A DNA stretch of 64,000 nt, from positions 1-64,000 of the forward strand of contig JAQGDQ010000413.1 in the NCBI GenBank assembly GCA_030141605.1, read 5' to 3'. Positions within the stretch are counted from its first letter, which is position 1; each line of letters opens with the position of its first letter. The stretch comes from Tubiluchus corallicola (lineage: Eukaryota > Animalia > Priapulida). A program made the translations under genes and the position numbers. Positions 53,680 through 64,000 of this stretch are shown one piece after another. The notes under the pieces are model-generated. The model was not told the origin of the DNA. It did not search any database and saw only the letters and a list, made by a program, of their open reading frames with translations.

Positions 53680-53760
53680 ATCGCCGAGACACACTAGTCT
53701 AGCGGTTATCGCTTTCATCAGGTAAACAGAAGATCCTGGGTTCAAATCCAGACTGAGTAT
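53680..53760 (+). mobile_element. Degenerate tRNA-derived SINE head
   Basis: A-box-like tagtctagcggt and B-box ggttcaaatcc at tRNA-like spacing; no intact cloverleaf. Confidence 0.55.
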
Positions 53761-54319
53761 TTTCTAGATAATCCATAATTTCTAATCCCAGATGACAATC
53801 ATACTAACTATTTTACCTTGTACATTGATGATAGTAACAAGGAAACTACTGGGCAATATCAATGTGGAGACTTTACAGGTTCATTAACAATGTTTCAGTG
53901 AGGCAGCGTGCTCATTAGAGAGTGCTGTAATTATGCTTAATTGATCTCAGCGAAAAACCCCCAGGGATCTTCAAGATGCGAAACTTGTAAGCAATCCGTG
54001 ACATTTTACGCATAATTAAAACGCACGTCAGCAGCGTGTTTATGAAATCAGTCAATTAAACTACATTAACAAATAAATCAGTAAATTAAAGGGGCTCCTG
54101 AGGGGTTTGTTCGCTCAAGATTGCATGACCAGGGCTGATCCACGGTGCTACCTGTTTATATATTTATATTTCACTTTCTCATCTTTCTCATTGAGTTCTT
54201 CATCTTCTTCTGCTTTTTCTCAAGTATTTTTGTCGTTTTTGCACTTTCTTTATTACTTACCTTTGTCGTTTTTGTTGTTTTCTTTCTATTCATCATCACT
54301 TATTATCGTCTGTCCTTCT

Positions 54320-54582
54320 TTCTTTCTCTTTCTCTCACCCTCTTCCCTTTTCCTCTCTCTGTCTCTTTGTGTCTCTCGTTCCCCAACTCTCTTTTTTCCT
54401 CTTTCTCTCTTTTTGTCATTCTTCTCTTTTTGTTTATTCTGCTCACCTTCTTTCTTTCACTTTCTTTCTTTCTTTCTCTCTCTCTCTCACTCTCTCTCTC
54501 TCTCTCTGTCTCTCTTTCTTTCTCTCACTCTCTCTCTCACTCTCTCTCTCTCCCTCTCTCTCACTCACTCTCTCTCTCTCTC

Positions 54583-54620
<38 letters not shown>

Positions 54621-54634
54621 ACTCACTCACTCAC

Positions 54635-54698
<64 letters not shown>

Positions 54699-54782
54699 CC
54701 CCTCTCTCTCACTCTCTCTCTCTCTCTCTCACACTCTCTCTCTCTCTCTCACTTCTCTCTCTCTCTCTCTCTCACTCACTCA

Positions 54783-54821
<39 letters not shown>
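54320..54821. repeat. (CT)n/(CTCA)n microsatellite
   Basis: Direct inspection. Confidence 0.97.
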
Positions 54822-54824
<3 letters not shown>

Positions 54825-55805
54825 GAATTCATGCTTGTATATTTGCTTTTCATCAAATATGCTTGTCTTGCTAAAAATGTTATCAACGAACAAGCTGTTA
54901 GTAGATCAACTTTAAATCTCTTTAATAGTGATGGACATCGATACGACTCCATCATTAACGTATAATGAGCTCGCATCTATCTGCAAAATAATGATTCATA
55001 TAATCACACAGATAACTGCAGTAAATCGTAGATAATTAGACCTCAAAGAAACAAATGTTATATATTTTCAGTGGAGTGACGTAGATGTGCCATTCAAGCC
55101 ATTTCTCATCCACTCTGAATCATTACAGAAATAAGAAATACTGCAGCTCTGGACGGAAAGATATCTGCAGGTGATATGCCTTCATAACGCTTTCTACGCG
55201 AGAATCCTAGTTGCAGTCTGATCGTTCGAAGCCAGCAAATTACAATCATGAACGAGTTAATGGCTTGGGACGTAGGTAATATTGTGAAAACAGCTGCTTG
55301 GGAGGAAATAGCTGCCGCTAATAAACGACAGAAGTCAATCAAGTCCTTATCGTCAACCCATCACTCGCACGCCAGAGCTAATAACACTTTGTGAGAGGCA
55401 GAAGAGAGGCAGAGAGGTAAACAAAATTGATGATCAAAGATTCGTAAAAGCTAGACGGAAGTCGGGCGTTATATTACACGACGCTTTGCCAGTGCGTAAT
55501 AGAGTCAGGCAAGGAGGTGTTTTGGCCCCCGCATTTGCTTGAGATTTATGTGCTGGCTTAATCATGAACGATTTAGCTCGGCTTAATCATTTAGATACAG
55601 ATTACTTTAGAGAAAATCATGGAAAAAGAAAGGCATATCACACAAAAATAAGATAAATAAAGGCATGAAAAAACATACCAAAAAATTTAAATTGATAATT
55701 GTAATAAAATATAGGCATATTTTTCGGAGAAAGCATGTTGAATTTTCTCTCAATGACGTGTAACTTACGATCCATAATTATTAAAACTGGCGCACAATAC
55801 TCTAA

Positions 55806-56053
55806 TGACGTGTTCAAACTAGCGAGCTTTCTCTCTAACAGCAAACTCGCAAGTGTGAACTGCTTTGAGAGTTACTGTCGGCAAGTTAGTGCAAACTCTC
55901 TGATAATTAGAGCGAGTTGATTTCTTGCGAAATGCTGTCTGGTGCGAACGCTTTGATGAGTTACTCTCGACACCTCTCGCAGTGAATAGAAAAGGTAATG
56001 TCAGCTCGGAGAGTAACTCGCAGCAAGTTTTGCTTTCTAGTTTGAACACGTTT
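55806..56053. mobile_element. PIF/Harbinger-like MITE
   Basis: 15-bp perfect inverted repeat acgtgttcaaactag (55808-55822) / ctagtttgaacacgt (56037-56051), preceded by TAA. Many internal gagtta/aactcgc motifs continue to ~56125. Confidence 0.6.
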
Positions 56054-57227
56054 GCGAGTCACTTGGGGAGTTACTTGGTGAATTTCTTAACGAGTTTACT
56101 TAGCAAGGAAACTCGCCAGTCTAAGAGAAGGATTTCTAACCATTTCCCGCTTTTCATTAGAAGGAAGTTGGGTATAATCATTATTAATTAAACAACCTTT
56201 CATCATTCATCCTCACTAAATCATCCAGTTTAGAACAACGGCTTATGAAACGACTTTAGGAAACGGGACAAAGACGTAGATTATCACCACTTTGATTCGC
56301 CTGACACCGGATACCAGAATTTTACCAGTGATCTTGTCTGACAACTAATGGTGAATTTGTCTGAGCAGAAACAACAGGTGTAACGGTGCCAAGAGGTGCC
56401 CCTGGAGAAATGCGCATTTTCCTGTCAGGACATTGAATTGAACACAAGAAAACATGTTGTTCATGGCCGAGCTCGTGTTCGCAGCTCTCACAAACAGACA
56501 TCATGATGTATTAGCACTCTGGCGAGACCAACGTACCCCCAAGGATCGTCAGATTATGATGTATGGACGTCTAATGGTTTCCACATCTGCAGAATTTCTA
56601 ATCAGACAATAAGTTATATCAGATATTATACGTGTTAGTGCTATCATGGCTGTTAGCGCCTTAGGCAACTGCAACAGGTTCGCTTTCGCTGGACATTTTT
56701 TCTCTCTTGAAAATGAACATTTATAACTCTACATTACTGCAGCTTCATAACATTCGCTTCCTTCCATAAACTTTTATTTGACCACTTCTTGAATTACAAG
56801 TTGCAAACGTTCACCATCCATTATCCATTCTTGCCAGTTGTAGAAACTCGTTAATATTAATTTATGGGGAAAATAAAAATTTTACGCGTGTTAACTTGAC
56901 TGCCATTGTTGGGTTGTGATGATGACAGTATCATTCCAGAAGTTATTACATGTCATAATACACGCTGCGTGGAACAAGGCTATAAGTTAAACTGAGTCAT
57001 ATTTGGTGGTGTTAAGAAGAGTGTGCAAGTTTAGAATAGCAAAACGAAAGAAGTTTCTTTCACTAATTATCTTGCACTACTTTGCATAAAAGCTAATTTG
57101 TTTGACTGTCATTCCAAGGTTCATAATAGAGCATATAGAGAGAAATGCGTGGATCCATTATACGATACTCATTTGGGCTTAACTTAAAAAATAAGCTATA
57201 AAGTTGATAAACCATTAAAAATAACAC

Positions 57228-57830
<603 letters not shown>

Positions 57831-57953
57831 ACTGATTTTTGGTGGTACAGAATTTCAATAATGCTTTAGTTAATACGAAGACCATGATGGTAAAGTTTCA
57901 GCATTTATTGCACAGTGCACAGGTACATGCAGTCATACAGTAAATAAATTGAA

Positions 57954-57989
57954 AGACATAAGACTTTTCAGCAGAGCTCTTCAGTGTCT
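57954..57989 (-). ncRNA. Minimal hammerhead ribozyme candidate
   Basis: Minus strand: AGACA-CUGAAGA-gcucugcu-GAAA-aguc-UUA-UGUCU. Helix I is 5 bp (AGACA/UGUCU), but stem II is very weak. Confidence 0.4.
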
Positions 57990-58507
57990 ACTTCTGCAAT
58001 TATATCAAAATATTAGATGAAAGCACAAAACTAAAATTGTTGCTGAAAGTAGTAAAAAAAGCAGCCAAATAAATAAATAAATAAATATAATGATATCGTA
58101 TCAATGTGAAGTTATACAAAAATGTGGAAACAAGAATATAACAAAAAAATCTACGATTGTGCGAAAAATGTTGGCAAAGAATCTAAAGTCAATATGACTC
58201 AATCGAAGTGAAATAGAGAATCGAATGATATGTTCCGATGACAAAAATTCAATGTAAAGTCCAGCAATAAATCACCAATAATTTTGTTGAATCTTTGAAT
58301 GTTTAAGATTTAAAGTTTTAATTACATTTATAACAAATCTTTACAGTTCTGCACATCTCGATGGTCCATATATTATATGTTTATATATAAACCGTTACTA
58401 GCCCATTTTGTTATTACTAATATATACCAATATACTAATTTTGTTATTATATTATCATTATATGTCAAATATATGTATGTATATAATAATATTAATAATA
58501 ATAAAAT

Positions 58508-58753
<246 letters not shown>

Positions 58754-60019
58754 ATCATTTTAGCTGTAAGTCAATATCTCAAAAAAAGCCATGCTAATGT
58801 TTTTGTCGCACGTCTTGCCGTATTACATCACAGATATTTTCAATATTTCTTGTAGGGACATCACAAAACGATATTACCAAAACGAATAGTGTTCTTGTTG
58901 AGTATGCTAGACGGTTTGTTTGGGACCAATAATCATGAAAACGTAAAGAAAACAATTCGAAACGAACTTGAAACTGCACCAGTGCAGTTAATTTGTACCT
59001 GTCAGACTGTGTAATAAGAAAAGTAATTATCATTTTTCTGCTGACACTCAAGCACCATCAGCCAAACATTGCGACACCAAAATTAATGACACATATTGTC
59101 AACAGGTGGCTCAGTGCTCTATTGTCATGGCAACTAAGTGAAATCGCCTCACACCGTGATGCTCACTCCATACATGTGCATTTCCTCTTGTTGACTGCTA
59201 GCAAAATTAACGGTTTTTTAATGTACACAAAGATGGTCTCACTCAAAGAGAAAGTAAAAAATTGTAGCTGAAACCGCAGAACCAATGAAAAACATGTCAG
59301 ATTCGAAGGTGAACATTTCTCATGGTTTTCGGTGAAAAATAAGCCGTGGATTCAGTGACGTGATGGTAACGATTATTCATTGAGGGTGATTTAGGAAAGC
59401 AAGCTCTGGGGCCATCATTTTTTACGTCAATAAGAGAATTATTTACTCGGTAAAATGATTTAAAAAATTATTCCCCGAAAACTTGTACCTGCCTACAAGT
59501 TTATTGCAGCTTAGCTTAACGCCCATTGACGCCCTAATACTGGACAAGAATCAAAAGTGTTTTAGCAATCATTTATTCAAGACAATCAAGCGTGGGGCCC
59601 ATCTAAAGGTGAACTAAATATAAAAATATGGCAGCACCCACGAATATGAAGAAAAACACTTTTTTTACTTTAAAATAATCCTTCAAAGGTTTTTCACAAT
59701 TATTACATCTGATATGATTTTGTCACCTTGCATTAATTATTATCATCTTAATGTCTAGCTTTTCATTAATGATGTCGCCATAAAATTTTTGATATCAAAC
59801 TTGAAAGACAATGTGTCCTACCAAACTAGGCAATGTTGGTTAGGAAGAAGGTCCCTGTGCGGTTCAAATGCAATTTTTTTTCACATTTCCCGTCTTTAAG
59901 TTTGGCATTAAGTTTTAATAATGGGTTTTGTACAATCACAACTTTTACATTTTATTAAATCATGACTAGCATAGGTTATACAAGTCCACTGTAATCAGAA
60001 ACATGTTGGTTCCTATATC

Positions 60020-60386
60020 CACGGCCTATTTCAGGGGGGGGGGGAGTGGGGATACTTCCCCGGGGCCTCACCCTCCAGGGGGCCTCGCGCCAAGATAACA
60101 TTTTTTTTTGCTTTATGCGAACATACTGCCTCCTCTCTTTCTCTCTTGCCGCACGTGCGCCGTTTGCCAGTATTGACAAGTATTAAGGACTGGTCTTGAG
60201 AATAAAGCAGTTTTTCTTTCAATTGTTCTTTCCTTTAATAACTGTATAACTCCATATTTTCTCTTCGAAAATGCTTCTAGCAGTTCAAAAATTTTTTGGC
60301 CGCCAACCATGGTGGCGAAGCCCCCCCCGGAGGGGGCCTCACCCGCCCCACTTCCCCGGGCCTCGCTTAAGCTGAAATAGGCCCTG
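60020..60386 (+). mobile_element. hAT MITE, long form (367 bp)
   Basis: TIR cacggcctatttcag / ctgaaataggccctg; perfect 8-bp TSD cctatatc; ~115 bp of extra internal sequence compared with the short copies. Confidence 0.95.
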
Positions 60387-61254
60387 CCTATATCCTACAC
60401 ATGTATCCCACATTCCCATCCCACAAGTATGTTGAGTCTTTATCTGTGTTTAATATCTATTTAACATATGTTAGCATTAGCTTAAGTACGGATAATCATC
60501 AGCTTCTGTTCACCTGCATAATCTTTGCTAATGTTCAGGTATGAGGACAGGTGTATTGAAGGTAAAAGATATTTAGTTCCCATAACAGAACATAAGAGAT
60601 TACATTGTAAGGTAGATTACTGTAAACTGTCATGCACTTATATGCCAGCTTACTTTAACATTGTGTCATCCAGAAACTTCTTATGAAAAAAATTTCTTGT
60701 TTGCTAATACAGTGGCGAATTGTTATAAATTTAGATAGAAAGTAATTTTACTGTTATATCCTGTAAATTCCGAATTATAATTACGCCCATGGAATATATT
60801 TTTCTTATATTTTGGAAACAAGTTTTTAAAATGAAAAATACTTATTTAGGTTGCAAAGTCAGCTCTATTTCCAGTAGTTTGAAACAATTATGTCAAATGA
60901 ACATTACAGAAAAACGTATAAAGACATAAAAAAGAAAAGAAACGAAGTTCCTTAACCCTTTCTTTAACTCCTTAACTCCTTAACCCATATGTTTTAACTG
61001 TTTATCTACATGCGTATGTAAACAAAGCTCCCTGGTTAAGCGAAATTAGTAACACTTTTAACACTAGAGAAGAAAGAAATATACGCCAGTGTTTAAAATA
61101 TCTTACATGTTATATTAAAGTATCTTAGTGTAATATTCAATCTTTAACGCTGAGAATCGCATCATTTATATAGATGTAATACACTGGAACCACTTGTAAC
61201 ATTTGGTTGGCCAGCTATAAGGGACGAACGTTTTACTGCCTTTATTAGTGGGGA

Positions 61255-61410
61255 ATAGGCTGTCCTCTATTGTTGTGTAAGATGTCTGCCTTGCAAACAG
61301 AAGCCCTTGATTCAAATCCAGGCTAGAAGTCCTTGATTCAAATCCAGGCTGTATTTTATCTTTATCGCATTTCCCGTCTTTCAAGTTTGATATCAAAATT
61401 GACAGGATGA
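61255..61410 (+). mobile_element. tRNA-derived SINE remnant with a duplicated B-box segment; related pieces at ~59785-59910
   Basis: gattcaaatccaggct occurs twice. The body catttcccgtcttt(c)aagtttg also occurs at ~59885 and inverted at ~59790. Confidence 0.5.
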
Positions 61411-62840
61411 TTTTTTATATGCTACCCCATTTTCAAATCCGATAAAAAAGTGCAAATTTTAACACGATTAATACTGCAAAGGCGTTTCTGATAATTAAAT
61501 AATAGATTAAAAACTTGAATACAACATACTACATATCTTACAGTAGCACTGTACTTCAATTTTCGCTTTCGCAAACACGTGCAACACGCTCGTGGAATAT
61601 TTTTGCTGTTGAAAATTATGTTAGTTTGTGATGTTATCAATGCGTGAGTTTTAAAGAATCATGCAAAAGTTTCATAGTTGAAAAAAGAAAACGTACTTTG
61701 ATGACATGTCACAGGCTTACATATGTACTTAGCAGAAGATATAAATAAGCAGGCAGTATAATTGGCTTTCTAAGCAGTAATGAAACGGTGCTTCAAATTT
61801 GAGTCACGTGTTTAAAACGATAAAATGCCCCATTAAAAATGATTATATCTTGTACTGATTGCGGCTTACCTAAACACAAACTAGAACAAGGTAATAATGT
61901 CAGTTAAGAATAGGGCACTAATGAGCGACTCATCAGAGAAAAATTAGACTCGGTTCTCTTACGCATCAACGAGAATTTTTCCCGCAAAGATGAAGAGCGC
62001 AGATTGGCAGTGTTGATGAAAAGGCAGCAAATGAACAACCCTAGCAGCAGGGGTATACCGTATAATTACTGGTTCGATGATGGACGCCTAGTAAGTTCTG
62101 ATCCTGCAGTGTTTTGCCATAAGCGATAGTTATTGCACAAAGAACAGGGCGCACCGTGCATAAAAGATGCACAGTCGGGGGTGAGCTGAGTAGCAGTATG
62201 GTCGCTAACAGAGTAATAGCGAGCAATAATGAGCGATTATTACCAGACCAAACGCAGCCCGTATTGTTGCCATCAAGAAGAAGTAATTAAAATGATAAAT
62301 TTGATACAACGTTTATAGAGAAAATAAAAATTGAAAAATTGTGATCCACACGGTATCGAACTACCGTCGTTCAGTAAAATAAAAACGGCAATAAAAAGAA
62401 GAAAGTGGCACATTTCGTCTCTCTACACTACAAATATCTAATTTTAAATCTTTTTTGCGCGTTTTAAAACTTTTTTCTGCTAATAAATGGGGTTAATTTT
62501 CCGTTCCTGCTACGGAAACGGTTCATGTTAAAAACCACCTGGAAAAACAGATAATAGTTTTACCACCAGTGAGTTATTTTTGTTTTTTGTTTGTAAGAAT
62601 CTTACAAAATAAGGCTAAAAAGGCTTTCTGAAACAACTAAAAATACCCGAAACATTATAAGCAAAGGCGCATACAAAGCGAAGAAAATTACGTGCTGTTT
62701 TTCAAACAAAATTGTTTTCTTATTTTCTTATTTCCTTGCCAGTGAGTTGAAAGATCAACAGGTGGGGGGGGGGGGACAAGTGAATAACAGTCAACAGGGT
62801 TACCTGATAGGTGATCAGACCTCAAGGCGTAAGTAATTTT

Positions 62841-63172
62841 CGGTCACTGGTAAATTTTGTCACGGAAAAAACGTCACAATTTCGGCTAAGAAAAAAAATC
62901 ACAATTAATTTTGGCTATAGGGTTAAGGTTATCTATTTTTTCCTGTGACTTTAACCCGTGATTTTTTGACCTGAGACTTTTCATCTGTGACTTTTATACT
63001 TGTGGCTTTTTGACTTGTGACTTTTTTACCTGTGACTTTTTGACTTGTGACTTTTTGACTTGTGACTTTTTTACCTGTGACTTTTTGACTTGTGACTTTT
63101 TGACTTGTGACTTTTTTACCTGTGACTTTTTGACTTGTGACTTTTTTACCCGTAACTTTTTTACATGGATTC
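62841..63172. mobile_element. Foldback-type DNA element with 15-bp subterminal arrays in inverted orientation
   Basis: Right arm has ~15 copies of tgtgactttttgact; left arm has aaaaaacgtcac / aaaaaaatcac; central tagggttaaggtta. Confidence 0.65.
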
Positions 63173-64000
63173 TCATATTCTTATATTAGTCGTTTACATT
63201 TTTACAACATCACTTTTCTTTACCAAAGAGTACTTCACTACCAATATGAGTTTCAATTTAAAATGTGTAAAATGTAACGACATGAATGACGTCATTACTG
63301 CAATGATGGTCGCATCGTTTCTCTAACAGTTTCAGGAGCAAAACTCATCATTACGAACACGATTTCTAACTAAAAGTTATCATACTAAATTTACCTAAAA
63401 TGAAAACAAGCAGTAGACCTGCAGTAAGCATAATCATGAGTTTATTTCTCTAGAAACACATTTCACTATAGACAAACTACGATTTAGCTTCTTATTCGAA
63501 CATCTGCATAGCAGTAACATTGCGTCATTACAGCGGAAATAAACTTATAATTGTGTTTACTGCAGTTTTACAGCTCGTTTCCTCGTCGAAAATCGTTGTC
63601 AGAATTTCTCCCTTCCTAAAACATTAGCTAATCATATTTATTTGTGAGATTTTAATGTAAATGTACAATTGTATATTTGGTCTGAATAAATCAAAGCAAT
63701 CATATCAAATCAGAATTCACTGAACTAGTCCGGAATGCGAAGCATGTATTCGTTATTGAGTTTCTTCCGCCCAACTGCCTAGACATGTCATCTAGAATGC
63801 CGTTTAGTGTTGTCATACATTCCGTAGTGTTGTCCATACAATTTAGAATACGAAATTATTCTATTGTGTCATAACAATATAAAAATTGGATAAACGATAA
63901 TTACACGAACAACGAGAACAAGAACGTGACGGCGAAATAGACGGCTTTATAGAGTTACTTCGTAGGCGAGTATCCCAATTATTCAACACATTTTTTTTTC

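Noticed and set aside
53680-53760. Functional tRNA gene (also ~61270-61325 and ~62340-62375)
   Set aside because: A/B-box-like motifs only; the stems do not pair into a cloverleaf, so these are SINE-type remnants.
62916-62931. Interstitial telomeric repeat
   Set aside because: About two imperfect TTAGGG-like units inside a foldback element; not a telomeric array.

Overview
AT-rich (roughly one-third GC), very repeat-dense animal (probably invertebrate) genomic DNA with no host protein-coding gene that I can recognise. It reads as a gene desert or a very large intron. Most ORF-track entries are translations of microsatellites or minisatellites. The only clear protein homologies come from transposons: RTE-X reverse-transcriptase fragments (best at 38344-39156, minus strand), an RTE C-terminus, CR1/L2/I-group LINE 3' ends and a Buster-type hAT transposase C-terminus. 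Short DNA elements with intact ends include a four-copy hAT MITE family (three copies with perfect 8-bp TSDs), a piggyBac MITE, a Harbinger-like MITE, a Helitron and a solo LTR. The most notable item is a complete, TSD-flanked 488-bp non-autonomous RTE derivative (5522-6009, minus strand). Its 5' end starts exactly at the cleavage site of a twister ribozyme. There are also minimal hammerhead ribozyme candidates of the Penelope type, a 5S-rRNA-derived tandem repeat, and several cases where an expanded tandem repeat and its unexpanded source are both in the window. Between the repeats are unique, GC-richer patches with transcription-factor and CTCF-like motifs, possibly enhancers. All homology calls are made by eye from memory; no database search was run.
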